From Escherichia coli (lineage in GTDB: Bacteria; Pseudomonadota; Gammaproteobacteria; Enterobacterales; Enterobacteriaceae), in assembly GCF_041886205.1 (NCBI RefSeq), contig NZ_CP169031.1: DNA of 64,000 nt; one strand, given 5' to 3'. Below, piece after piece: positions 51,301 through 60,043 of the stretch. Under the pieces are notes generated by a model. That model was not told the origin of the DNA. It worked only from the letters and a program-made list of their open reading frames with translations, and searched no databases. The position numbers were made by a program, and so were the translations under genes. Every line of letters starts with the position of its first letter. Positions within the stretch are counted from its first letter, which is position 1.

Positions 51301-54300
51301 TGACTTCGTTGCCGCCGGACGCGTAGCCAGCGCAATGGACTCCGACTCCCACCGCAAAGAGGCCGCGCGTCGCCGGGTATTGTCGGAGTATTCAGATACC
51401 GGCACCGAAAAAGCAGAGAAGTATCCGTACTTTGAGGATATGGGCTTCGATAGTGTGATCGCTGACGAAGGTCACAACTACCGCAATAGCTATAAAAATG
51501 GTCGCGAAGCGTCACAACTGGCCTATCTGCCCACCAGCGCGGTGGCGCAATCGGCGCGAGATATGGCAATTAAAAACGCGTACCTGATGAAAAAGAATGG
51601 TGGGCGCGGGCCGGTTCTCCTGACTGCAACGCCAGTCGTTAACACCCCGATCGATGCATACAACATGCTTTCTCATGTTCTGCCGAAGGAATACTGGCAG
51701 AACATGGGGATCTACGGTCCTGATGACTTCGTTAAATTCTTCGGCAAGACCAGGCTGGAAACGGTACAGAAAATTAGCGGTGAAGTTGAAGAAAAAATGG
51801 CGCTGGTGGGCTTTGAAAACCTTGATGCGCTGCGCGGTATATTCCATCGCTGGGTAACGCTTAAAACGGCGGAAGACGTTAAGGATACCGTGGAGATCCC
51901 GGAGCTGGACGAACACCAGCAGGATGCACCACTTACTGAAGAACAACTGGCGGCGTATGAAGAATTGCGTCAGCAGGCGGAAGCGGCGGCCAAAGCCAAC
52001 AATGGCGTAACGACCTCGGTCAATGAAGACGGCGTGATTGAGCACGAGAAAGCCCGTCCGATCTTCTCAATAATCAGGGATATGGACCGCGTATGTACTG
52101 ACATGGACCTGTACTATCGCCGGATCACCTATCGTTTCCTGCCGGAGTACGCCGATGCGGTGCAGCAGCTGGCGGACAGTTTGCCTAAACAAGCCACCAG
52201 CGAAGACGACGACAGTGATGATTCAATCACGCAGCAATCGCAATACTCCCTGATAGATAAGGGCGAGTTTATTCAGTTGCAGGTTCCGGAAGCGTTCGAG
52301 CAGGAAGTGAATAAGCGCCTGGCCAGGTTTGGCATTGACGAACAGACCGTAACTCACCCCGTTACGCCCAAATACGCGAAGCTGATTGCCACGCTGAAGG
52401 AGTTTTTCCCGGAAGGTAAGCAAATCATCTTCACCGATGAAAAAACGCAGCACCAGAAGCTCAAGCGCATTATCTGCAATGCTCTTAACCTTGAACCTTC
52501 AAAGGTGGGGATACTGAATGCTCAGACGGTTGCCGAGGCAGGTAAAACCGGTAAGAAACTGAAAGCGGTTAAACCGCCGAAAGAGTTACCGGATGAACCA
52601 ACAGATGCACAGATAGCGAAATACAACGAGCAAATGGCTCTGTATGACGCCTATATCGCGCAGCAAAATGAAATGTCGTTGGGCGGTCTGGAAAAGATTG
52701 CAGCCGACTTCCAGGAGGGCCGGACTCCGATCATCATCTGCAACAAAAAGGCAGAGGTGGGTATCAACCTGCATCGAGGAACGACTGACATCCATCATCT
52801 GACGTTGCCATGGACTCCAGCCAGTATTGCGCAACGAAACGGTCGCGGTGCCCGAGTTGGCTCCAACCGTGCAAGCGTTCGCGTTCACTACTACTGCGGC
52901 AAGGGTTCTTTCGATGAATACCGACTGAAGACGCTGAAGCGTAAAGCAGGCTGGATCTCCGATATCCTCCGTTCAGATAAGTCAGAAATGGAGAACGCCG
53001 ACGCCAACGATATGATCGAAATGCAGATGTATGCCGCTAAGGATGATGGCGAACGTCTGGCAATGATGCAGGTTCAAATGGATAAGGCGAAAGCCGCGCA
53101 ACGCGCTCGCCAGAAAGAACAGGCTACTATCGACCTTCAGAACTACATCAAGGCGCAGCACGCAGCTGGTGAGGATGTGGAGGTGCTTACCGCTGAATTA
53201 GAGCGAAGCAAAGCGGAACTTGAAAAGACCACCGCCGAGGTAGCTAAATTCAAACAGGCGGCAATGGCCAAGGCAGCGGATAACGCAGACTGGAAGGCAC
53301 GCTGGGGGAGTGTCCATCACACAGACCGTATGTTGTTAGCACAGTATCGCGCGTCGTTGAAAAGCGCCATTCAGCGCAAGGCTAATATCTCTCAAGCCAT
53401 CTCCCGCTATGAGAAATTATTGAACCGTACTCAGAAGGCCGCGACGGATATCAAACGCCTGCGCCCGCTGGTGGAGGATGCATTAAATAAAGGCATTCTG
53501 GATGTTGATCCTGACCTGGTTAACCATGCGAGTGAGTTCCTTGTTATCGGCGATCGCTCATGGCGTGTAGGCCAATACTACGATTGTGCCGGTGATATCG
53601 TTCGCATTAAGTCGCTGGACTTCGACAGCCAGCGCGCAGACGTGGAGATCATCTTCACCTTCAAAGGCACCAAATCTGGTAACTGGGATGTGAAGACGCT
53701 GGATAAACAGGTTGATGTAACTCCCGATGAAGATGCTGTTATGCAGAAAATCAGTGGTGGCGTCTCCATCGCCGGGATTAACGACATCGTTTCCTGTGAC
53801 GATTTCTACCGTTTCCAGCAGCGCGGCATGATCAAAATCACTGACTCATACGGCGTTCAGACTACAGAGTCAGGCTATAGCATTGATTTTGTTGGTACCT
53901 ATACGGACCCACTGAAGCATGCGGTTTACCCGGATCGCCGTGACGGCGCGCTGAAGTCGTCAATTGCAAAATGGGTGCTTGGTATGATGTCGGAAGGGAA
54001 TAACCGCCAGATCCGTTCGGCAGAAGCATTCCTGGTTGAACTGTTTGGCTCCAATTATGGCGATGTAATCGCGTCATACGGAGATACGCTATCCCCTGAA
54101 GCAATTCAGGAGAAAATAGCGGATGCGATCGCCAGAATGCCGGAGAAAACAAGCCAGGGGGCTACTCGTAACGGGGATTCTGAACTTGAAGTCACCAATG
54201 CCATTTTCGGTACCAATGAGTTCCGGGCGTCAGATTATGAGATCACCACAGCACAGTTTGGCACCATTGGCATTTACAGCAATAAAGACGAGATCAAGCA

Positions 54301-55078
54301 GGCAATGGACGCAGCAAGCGCGCGCATTGCAGCAGAACGGAAAGTCAATCTGAATCATGCAGTCGCCGCGCTGACTCAATCGTGGGTAACAGCAATCAGG
54401 GAGGCCGCCACCACAGGGAAAATCACACCGGCAATTGCGGATGTCGTAAACGACGGCTCTAAATTTATGGATGCCTATCAAATGGATGCGGTGCAGTTGC
54501 CATCAGCCTATGGGCAACTCAGCTATCGCATGACCTACAACCTGGTATCAATGTTTACCGACCTTGCCATCCTTGGGCTGGTGGACCTTAACGAGGTTAC
54601 GCCGGAATTGCTCAGCATGCGCAAGAATCATGTGGAGATATTGCACAGAATTAACACGGTACTTGCCGGGCGCACCGATGAAGAGAAACAGGCAGACGCT
54701 GATCGGATAAACCTGGCCCTTGGCAACATCACGGAGGAAGAAATTGCCGCCAGAAACGAGAAACAAGAAGAGTTATCATCAATACAGGGTGATGCCACCA
54801 GCATAGCTCAGTCTCTTGGTCTGAATTATCGCGTATCCACCGCCGACCTGAAGATGATGTACGCACCAAAATTCGCCGCTGGCGAGGTATTTGGGCTTCA
54901 GGAAGCCTCCGGCATGAAAGGGGTTCTTTTCCGTGCGAAAGACGCAATCAAGGCGAAATTCGGCGCTCGCTGGTTGCCAGCGAAGGCGAAGAACAGCGAC
55001 TTCCCAGGTAACTGGTGGATTATCGAGACAAAACACAACGTGGCGGACGTTCTGGCCGTCATCCAACAATACGCATAA
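48311..55078 (+). CDS. darB: DarB antirestriction protein (N6-adenine methyltransferase plus helicase)
   Basis: 2255 aa; MTase motif I (EPSAGTGVF) and IV (NVPFGG); helicase Walker A (GTGLGKTT), DEGH box (IADEGHNY) and motif VI (QRNGRGARVG). Confidence 0.85.
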   Translation: MNKLSMGVFRCSSVSEILKYIRAITSHRAPIKYGVEKVEGKSYDRLRREANQKAIDLLNSLVDGATLTDEQRQILAGYTGEGGIGGSVSEYYTPKPIAEGVWEIMKLYGADVGNTLEPSAGTGVFNETKPVGTVMTATEISSVSGRINQLLHPEDSVQISPFEQLAVSTPNDSFDHVVGNVPFGGRDNTRNIDKPYAEETDMGSYFMLRMLDKIKPGGFMCVIVPPSIVSGSNMKRLRLRLSRKAEFLGAHRLPTGTFDANGTSTVVDVVLMRKHPAEMAEKIPLVDEGTLESANVLWPTFISGKWFEKDGRRFVHGTQEKGFQGRIEVRADGQIDNQALKAKLIHRFESRIDWSLLDMAEPSPTADVVGEGEMRLINGVWQKYAGGRWIEADAGKELKIDAASYGADSWEALQRNLTTTEGRLGMTFTQMANVRDKYTTSISDDMVQLVDWINSQPEKYRERLYRGAMIGRMLIEYQDMKAAGHSAEQIEQQRLSLVSRLQAEIDRFGNPGRGPIAKLSGSGARAWFAFRGAIKLDGTISDELTGKLVTHDSSASYDYTSYQDTLRYLYSDLTRDPIQLDDFRLAFTGELPASDEELLNLLASTPGIAVSPYGGIVPFARATSGDINEIVAPKQEFLATLPDGPVKNNVLNQLAAIEEKRIKTPAENIRFKLNSRWFDRSVILEFLQENGYPDLRYVQSVQLEGDEMVSDTYHGGDGLFVGHRYGVVQRKDKETGEIRYEWDRKSGENATGFPAQLEKYLNGARIGGKDSATANGYREQMALLEDQFNKWIKTHDRYDELVAKYNDVFNSNIPYEHSGDPLGLKGLSGKRQPFDYQNSEVRRLSEDGRGILGFGTGLGKTTTALALEAFNYENGRSTRTAYVVPKSVLENWYYEAKEFLSEEAFSNYLFVGLDVLMDGDQIRQVQVLDENGKPVLGTDGTPVMRDALKLADEATITARMNAIPHSNYRAVVFTKEQYARIPLRDDTVDEHAQDMLYDFVAAGRVASAMDSDSHRKEAARRRVLSEYSDTGTEKAEKYPYFEDMGFDSVIADEGHNYRNSYKNGREASQLAYLPTSAVAQSARDMAIKNAYLMKKNGGRGPVLLTATPVVNTPIDAYNMLSHVLPKEYWQNMGIYGPDDFVKFFGKTRLETVQKISGEVEEKMALVGFENLDALRGIFHRWVTLKTAEDVKDTVEIPELDEHQQDAPLTEEQLAAYEELRQQAEAAAKANNGVTTSVNEDGVIEHEKARPIFSIIRDMDRVCTDMDLYYRRITYRFLPEYADAVQQLADSLPKQATSEDDDSDDSITQQSQYSLIDKGEFIQLQVPEAFEQEVNKRLARFGIDEQTVTHPVTPKYAKLIATLKEFFPEGKQIIFTDEKTQHQKLKRIICNALNLEPSKVGILNAQTVAEAGKTGKKLKAVKPPKELPDEPTDAQIAKYNEQMALYDAYIAQQNEMSLGGLEKIAADFQEGRTPIIICNKKAEVGINLHRGTTDIHHLTLPWTPASIAQRNGRGARVGSNRASVRVHYYCGKGSFDEYRLKTLKRKAGWISDILRSDKSEMENADANDMIEMQMYAAKDDGERLAMMQVQMDKAKAAQRARQKEQATIDLQNYIKAQHAAGEDVEVLTAELERSKAELEKTTAEVAKFKQAAMAKAADNADWKARWGSVHHTDRMLLAQYRASLKSAIQRKANISQAISRYEKLLNRTQKAATDIKRLRPLVEDALNKGILDVDPDLVNHASEFLVIGDRSWRVGQYYDCAGDIVRIKSLDFDSQRADVEIIFTFKGTKSGNWDVKTLDKQVDVTPDEDAVMQKISGGVSIAGINDIVSCDDFYRFQQRGMIKITDSYGVQTTESGYSIDFVGTYTDPLKHAVYPDRRDGALKSSIAKWVLGMMSEGNNRQIRSAEAFLVELFGSNYGDVIASYGDTLSPEAIQEKIADAIARMPEKTSQGATRNGDSELEVTNAIFGTNEFRASDYEITTAQFGTIGIYSNKDEIKQAMDAASARIAAERKVNLNHAVAALTQSWVTAIREAATTGKITPAIADVVNDGSKFMDAYQMDAVQLPSAYGQLSYRMTYNLVSMFTDLAILGLVDLNEVTPELLSMRKNHVEILHRINTVLAGRTDEEKQADADRINLALGNITEEEIAARNEKQEELSSIQGDATSIAQSLGLNYRVSTADLKMMYAPKFAAGEVFGLQEASGMKGVLFRAKDAIKAKFGARWLPAKAKNSDFPGNWWIIETKHNVADVLAVIQQYA

Positions 55079-55111
55079 CAGGAGCGCCCGGTTCGCCGGG
55101 CGTCGCATAAT

Positions 55112-55552
55112 ATGGCCACACTATCTGATACAATAAAACCGAATAAAACATATCTTGAGGCGGTACTCCGTACAGCGTTGTTAGGAAAGACAGAAGACGA
55201 ATACGTTGATTTCTTCCTGTCAGGGCTACGCGGGCGATTACTGAAAAATCCCCGCCTGTACCGCAGCTATGGTCCATACTGGCCGGAAATTAAAAAATTA
55301 TTACTGGAGCGCGGTTATGGTAATTTCGGTCGTCTCGTTGACCGTGACGTTCGCAAAATTTACCGTTATGACCGCCCGGCGCTAACACTCATAGCCGCGA
55401 CGCTCTATAGCCAGGAGCGTTTTGATAATGGTCAGATATACTCAGCCTGGCATTTACTGCCAGTGCCTGAAGAAGTTGACGACCAGGACTATGAGTTTGA
55501 GTCTTACGATTTGGAAGTTGAAGCCTTGGCACAGGCTGGAGAGAAAACTTGA
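55112..55552 (+). CDS. ulx: Ulx-like protein
   Basis: 146-aa ORF directly upstream of and overlapping the lxc-like gene. Confidence 0.5.
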   Translation: MATLSDTIKPNKTYLEAVLRTALLGKTEDEYVDFFLSGLRGRLLKNPRLYRSYGPYWPEIKKLLLERGYGNFGRLVDRDVRKIYRYDRPALTLIAATLYSQERFDNGQIYSAWHLLPVPEEVDDQDYEFESYDLEVEALAQAGEKT

Positions 55553-55797
55553 AAAAGCGATACTACACAGTAAAGCATGGGACGCTACGAGCATTACAAG
55601 AGTTTGCTGACAAGCATAACGTTGAGGTGCGCAGGGAAGGGGGAAGTAAAGCTCTGCGCATGTACCGTCCGGACGGGAAATGGCGTACAGTCGTCGATTT
55701 CAAAACAAACAGTGTTCCCCAGGGCGTCCGCGACCGGGCATTCGAAGAATGGGAGCAGATCATCATAGATAATGCATTGCTTCTCAATGCTGATTGA
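55549..55797 (+). CDS. lxc: Lxc/Bof-like C1 corepressor
   Basis: 82-aa ORF following darB-ulx; assigned by position and size. Confidence 0.5.
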   Translation: MKKRYYTVKHGTLRALQEFADKHNVEVRREGGSKALRMYRPDGKWRTVVDFKTNSVPQGVRDRAFEEWEQIIIDNALLLNAD

Positions 55798-55879
55798 GTT
55801 TTGTTGGCCCGGTTTGCACCGGGCGTTTCACAAACAATCAACTGGTTTGTAGTTCCTGCGGCGAGATGAATTATTAATA

Positions 55880-56488
55880 TTATCGTGGTGCCGATGATGC
55901 GATAGCCTGTATGATGTTATCAATATCGTTATCGTTCAGCATGAATATAGGTACACCATTAGAGTTTGCATTTTTTTCAGTGCTCATCAAACAAAGCCCC
56001 TCATACATGCCGCGAGTTTTTTTGAAATTGGCGACTGATGGAGTGGTGTAATTTCCTTTAAAGTGCATTCCGGCTGATTCATAAAAAGGAACCAAATCAG
56101 ACTGGCAAATCAAAGCGACCTCATTTGGAAATGCAAGTATTTCTGCCAGTATATTACTTCCAAGTCCATTACCACGATATTGCTCATATACATATATTTT
56201 ATGACAGTACAACGGAAAATTTCCCGATGGATGTCCGAAGATTAAGGCGTATCCGAACAAGTTTTCTTCATTAGTAAAGCCCATAATGCGCAAATGACCG
56301 GCTCGGTAACACTCTTCAAAAACGTTAATTATGTAGCTTCTCGCTGCTTTCAGCTCCTCTTCTGTCGGGAACATCATCAACCCCATAAGCGATGGAGTAT
56401 AGGCCAGATCCTGAAGAATCCCATTAGCTTCATTTTCGAAAATTAGCGGTAAGTGCGGTACAATTTCATTTGCCGAGGTATTAGACAT
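55880..56488 (-). CDS. GNAT-family N-acetyltransferase
   Basis: 202 aa; motif A (YVYEQYRGNGLGSNILAEIL) and motif B-like (VPFYESAGMHFKG). AT-rich gene with its own AT-rich upstream region. Confidence 0.65.
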   Translation of the reverse strand: MSNTSANEIVPHLPLIFENEANGILQDLAYTPSLMGLMMFPTEEELKAARSYIINVFEECYRAGHLRIMGFTNEENLFGYALIFGHPSGNFPLYCHKIYVYEQYRGNGLGSNILAEILAFPNEVALICQSDLVPFYESAGMHFKGNYTTPSVANFKKTRGMYEGLCLMSTEKNANSNGVPIFMLNDNDIDNIIQAIASSAPR

Positions 56489-56496
56489 AGTATGGT

Positions 56497-56520
56497 GAGT
56501 CCTTTGTTTTCAAAGGACTC
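56497..56520 (-). promoter_or_regulatory. Perfect 10-bp-stem hairpin in the GNAT leader, overlapping the likely Shine-Dalgarno
   Basis: gagtcctttg-tttt-caaaggactc; on the mRNA it ends 8 nt before the ATG and contains the only SD-like aagga. Confidence 0.45.
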
Positions 56521-56686
56521 ATGTTATCAGTGATAATCGTTTGTTGTAATAGTGTTGATAAAATAATTTTCTATTATGTAAGCAAGCTCATTTTTATGAC
56601 GGGTAATGCAAAAAAAATAGAATCAAAAAACTAAAAAATAATAATTCATGGGGTTTTACACCATCAAAAGTCCCCACTATAAATTA

Positions 56687-57328
56687 TTAGAAATAATTAT
56701 GCTTGCCTGTTAATACCCCTTTCGGCACTTTTTTTTGTTCCAGTGTCTGGGTACCCAGAATTATGTTAATAAGTGGACTTAGTAACGATGGTTCCTGGCG
56801 GGCTTCAACTTCTCCAGCCATTGCCCTGATGTAGTCGGCGCTGGCAACGTTGTTGTATTCCGTCGCAAAGCAACATAGTAATGTCAGAACATGCTCTGTC
56901 GTTATTTCGCTCCAGTTGATGTTGAAAAATTCATCGCCTTTTTTATCGTGTTCGGAATCGAAGATGCTTTGGTGGAGGATGTATTTGCCGGATTCCTTGC
57001 GCGGTAACTTGATCGCTTTCTGGCGTTCCAGCTCCTTGTAAATCTGCATTGCTTCAATCAGTACCGGCCTGCCGTTCATGAAGGGATCGCGCAACCTTAC
57101 ACGCTGGCCAACTCGACCAGTAATAAAGCTGTTTTCCTCTTCCACCAGCACGATAAAACCCTTTTCCTCTTTTTCTCGCAATTCGCGCAGCAGCTGGAGT
57201 TCCATGTCGCGGCGGCGTTCAGGGTAGCTGGTCCGCTCAGCCATTATCAGCTCGTTGTTGATCCATGCAGCAGTCATTGACGCCGGTTTGCCGACGCTCA
57301 TCGAAACAACGCATATTTTCTTATCCAT
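56687..57328 (-). CDS. Hypothetical protein
   Basis: Track ORF of 222 aa (to 57355); likely start MDKKICVV at 57328. Preceded on the minus strand by a late-promoter-like element (57469-57477). Confidence 0.45.
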   Translation of the reverse strand: MDKKICVVSMSVGKPASMTAAWINNELIMAERTSYPERRRDMELQLLRELREKEEKGFIVLVEEENSFITGRVGQRVRLRDPFMNGRPVLIEAMQIYKELERQKAIKLPRKESGKYILHQSIFDSEHDKKGDEFFNINWSEITTEHVLTLLCCFATEYNNVASADYIRAMAGEVEARQEPSLLSPLINIILGTQTLEQKKVPKGVLTGKHNYF

Positions 57329-57516
57329 AGCGCCCCTACAAAAAAGAAAAGCCACCAGCGGCGGCTTAGCAATACAACTGAAGGTAGCGCCCGGTACTCA
57401 GACTGTGCCGTCCATGGAATATTTGAAAAGGGATCCATCCGTACCGGGCGTGTGATGATTCTGACTCAAGTCACTTGTCAGTTGTCAATCATTTAAGATT
57501 AAAAATAATATATTTA

Positions 57517-58077
57517 TTAGTGCATAATGTTTGCCATTTCATAGGCGTCAGCCAGCAACTCCATCTCTGACTTGTTCAACAAGGTGAATTCTTTCTTGCC
57601 TCCTACCACGCCATCGGCATGAACAGGGACCAGCCAGGGGTATTTTTCTCTTACTTCAGCCGGTGCTGCATGCTGGTGGTGCCATCTGCAAAGGGGCAAT
57701 TGCTTTTTGTGACAACCCGGCGCGGTACGACCGGAGATATGGTGCAGAGACACCTCTTCAGATATTACTCCATGCATGTAGCAGGCAATGCAGGGGAGAG
57801 TGCCAAGAGCATTGGCGATAGTCTGTTCCTCCTCCGTCGGTGTTCGCCCCTTCAAGCCACGAGATTTTATTTTTACCGCACTTTTCCGCGTTTTGCTGGC
57901 TGGTGGGCGCTCTTTCTGTTTAGCGATACGGCGGTCGATAGAATCCCGCATTTTCTGATATTGCGATTCTCGCCAGGCGGGGTCAGCCAACTTTTCCCGT
58001 TGCCGAGCGATCGCTCGTTCTCTGGCTGCCTTCTGCCACTCGCGGCGCTGTTCAAGTTTTTGTTCGATTGTTTTCAT
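57517..58077 (-). CDS. ref: Ref recombination enhancement function (HNH endonuclease)
   Basis: 186 aa from MKTIEQK; C-terminal HNH-like Cys/His cluster (CIACYMHG...HHISG...CHKKQ...CRWHH); C1 operator-like site upstream. Confidence 0.75.
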   Translation of the reverse strand: MKTIEQKLEQRREWQKAARERAIARQREKLADPAWRESQYQKMRDSIDRRIAKQKERPPASKTRKSAVKIKSRGLKGRTPTEEEQTIANALGTLPCIACYMHGVISEEVSLHHISGRTAPGCHKKQLPLCRWHHQHAAPAEVREKYPWLVPVHADGVVGGKKEFTLLNKSEMELLADAYEMANIMH

Positions 58078-58177
58078 ATGGCAAAAAAAAGGCGGCCTAA
58101 TGGCCGCCAATGATGTCAAGGAGTGAAGTAATGGCAACGTCTTCGTAGTTGACAAAAACTGCGGCCAAATTATAACA

Positions 58178-58192
58178 ATCAATTAGAGCAAT
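58178..58192. promoter_or_regulatory. C1 operator-like site (atcaattagagcaat)
   Basis: Operator core match about 100 bp upstream of ref. Confidence 0.5.
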
Positions 58193-58225
58193 GGTAGATA
58201 TTTTGTTTCTCGCGAATCACATTTT

Positions 58226-58328
58226 TTCACTTCAGTACCTGTGTGCTATACTCCTTCTTGATTGATTGGATGCGGAATACAAACCCGCTCTTTTGTGCAG
58301 CCTGGCTCCTTGCCAGGCTTTTTTTTAT
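58226..58328 (+). ncRNA. Candidate small RNA transcription unit
   Basis: Plus-strand extended -10 (tgctatact at 58244-58252) with a ttcact -35-like hexamer, then a plus-oriented intrinsic terminator (agcctggc-tcct-tgccaggct plus T9) at 58299-58328. No plausible plus-strand CDS. Confidence 0.3.
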
Positions 58329-58636
58329 TTCATCATGGAAGCTGTTAACGCTTTGGACCTTGCTGAACTGATTGAAAGGGCATTGTTTACCTTACCCAGG
58401 AGTTTGCCAAATTCCCCCATCACTCTAGTAAGCCCGCGCCGCGCTTCCTCCTCCGTTGCATTCATCACAAAATGTTCAGCACTCCGCATGCTTTTAACGG
58501 GGAACGCAACAGATATCGAGTCGATATCAGGCATCCTATCGCTCAACTTTACGGTGACAATGACAGATGGCGACAGAATATTAGTGCTTACAGACAGCAC
58601 TACATATTTTCCGTCGATGTTGAAATCCTTTCTCAT
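58325..58636 (-). CDS. cra: Cra-like small protein between cre and ref
   Basis: Minus-strand ORF (track 58325..58672) between cre and ref; a C1 operator-like site at 58656-58669 overlaps the track start, so an internal start (MRKDF, 58636) is preferred. Confidence 0.35.
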   Translation of the reverse strand: MRKDFNIDGKYVVLSVSTNILSPSVIVTVKLSDRMPDIDSISVAFPVKSMRSAEHFVMNATEEEARRGLTRVMGEFGKLLGKVNNALSISSARSKALTASMMK

Positions 58637-58686
58637 ATGCCACCATAAATACCAAAGAATTAGAGCAATCATTTACGCGTTAATGG

Positions 58687-59718
58687 CTAATTGCCATCTT
58701 CCAGCAGGCGCACCATTGCCCCTGTTTCACTATCCAGGTTACGGATATAGTTCATGACAATATTTACATTGGTCCAGCCACCAGCTTGCATGATCTCCGG
58801 TATTGAAACTCCAGCGCGGGCCATATCTCGCGCTGCTCCGACACGGGCACTGTGTCCAGACCAGGCCAGGTATCTCTGACCAGAGTCATCCTTAGCGCCG
58901 TAAATCAATCGATGAGTTGCTTCAAAAATCCCTTCCAGGGCGCGAGTTGATAGCTGGCTGGTGGCAGATGGCGCGGCAACACCATTTTTTCTGACCCGGC
59001 AAAACAGGTAGTTATTCGGATCATCAGCTACACCAGAGACAGAAATCCATCGCTCGACCAGTTTAGTTACCCCCAGGCTAAGTGCCTTCTCTACACCTGC
59101 GGTGCTAACCAGCGTTTTCGTTCTGCCAATATGGATTAACATTCTCCCACCGTCAGTACGTGAGATATCTTTAACCCTGATCCTGGCAATTTCTGCTATA
59201 CGTAGCAGGGTATTATAAGCAATCCCAAGAAATGCCAGATTACGTATATCCTGGCAGCGATCGCTATTTTCCATGAGTGAACGAACCTGGTCGAAATCAG
59301 TGCGTTCGAACGCCAATGCCTGTTTTGCACGTTCACCGGCATCAACGTTTTCTTTTCGAATCCGCCGCATGACCAGTGAAACAGCATTGCTGTCACTTGG
59401 TCGTGGCAGCCCGGACCGACGATGAAGCATGTTTAGCTGGCCCAAATGTTGCTGGATAGTTTTTACTGCCAGACCGCGCGCCTGAAGATATAGAAGATAA
59501 TCGCGAACATCTTCAGGTTCTGCGGGAAACCATTTCCGGTTATTCAACTTGCACCATGCCGCCCACGACCGGCAAACGGACAGAAGCATTTTCCAGGTAT
59601 GCTCAGAAAACGCCTGGCGATCCCTGAACATGTCCATCAGGTTCTTGCGAACCTCATCACTCGTTGCATCGACCGGTAATGCAGGCAAATTTTGGTGTAC
59701 GGTCAGTAAATTGGACAT
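58687..59718 (-). CDS. cre: Cre tyrosine recombinase
   Basis: 343 aa starting MSNLLTVHQNLPALPVD, recognised as Cre; loxP lies about 420 bp upstream. Confidence 0.95.
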   Translation of the reverse strand: MSNLLTVHQNLPALPVDATSDEVRKNLMDMFRDRQAFSEHTWKMLLSVCRSWAAWCKLNNRKWFPAEPEDVRDYLLYLQARGLAVKTIQQHLGQLNMLHRRSGLPRPSDSNAVSLVMRRIRKENVDAGERAKQALAFERTDFDQVRSLMENSDRCQDIRNLAFLGIAYNTLLRIAEIARIRVKDISRTDGGRMLIHIGRTKTLVSTAGVEKALSLGVTKLVERWISVSGVADDPNNYLFCRVRKNGVAAPSATSQLSTRALEGIFEATHRLIYGAKDDSGQRYLAWSGHSARVGAARDMARAGVSIPEIMQAGGWTNVNIVMNYIRNLDSETGAMVRLLEDGN

Positions 59719-59725
59719 TTAACAC

Positions 59726-59947
59726 TCAGATAATGGTTTTAAGTAAAGTGTACAGGATCGGCTCTGCCTTTACCTGTTTATGGTTCTCGTCATAGAAACG
59801 CCAGCGACCGCGCGTGCGTTCTATTTTCTCTTCACCGCGCGATAATGACAGTTGGCAACTATCACGATCAAACCCTTTTGCCCGCCAGTAACCACGGTTT
59901 TTCTCAAGCTCAAGATGAGTGGACACTTTAGCAGCTGAATATCCCAT
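59726..59947 (-). CDS. Small ORF in the cre leader (uncertain)
   Basis: 73-aa ORF between the TGATCA cluster and cre; no clear RBS. Confidence 0.25.
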   Translation of the reverse strand: MGYSAAKVSTHLELEKNRGYWRAKGFDRDSCQLSLSRGEEKIERTRGRWRFYDENHKQVKAEPILYTLLKTII

Positions 59948-60043
59948 TTTTCACCTCTGATTGATTGGTGGTGCTAAGTGCGCTACGCGAAATCTGGAGC
60001 ACTAACACTGCCAACTTTTCACAGATTTTACGTAGCGCAACCT

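Noticed and set aside
48631-55277. Many 60-110-aa ORFs on both strands inside darB
   Set aside because: They are embedded in a continuous 2255-aa frame with clear MTase and helicase motifs and have no start signals of their own.
55798-57516. Type III res-mod restriction genes expected next to darB
   Set aside because: No ORF of appropriate size or with Mod (DPPY-type) or Res helicase motifs exists in this 1.7-kb interval.
58266-58757. Plus-strand 163-aa ORF between ref and cre
   Set aside because: It reads through an intrinsic terminator hairpin and a C1 operator, and overlaps the cre 3' end on the opposite strand; the minus-strand cra-like frame fits the operator position better.
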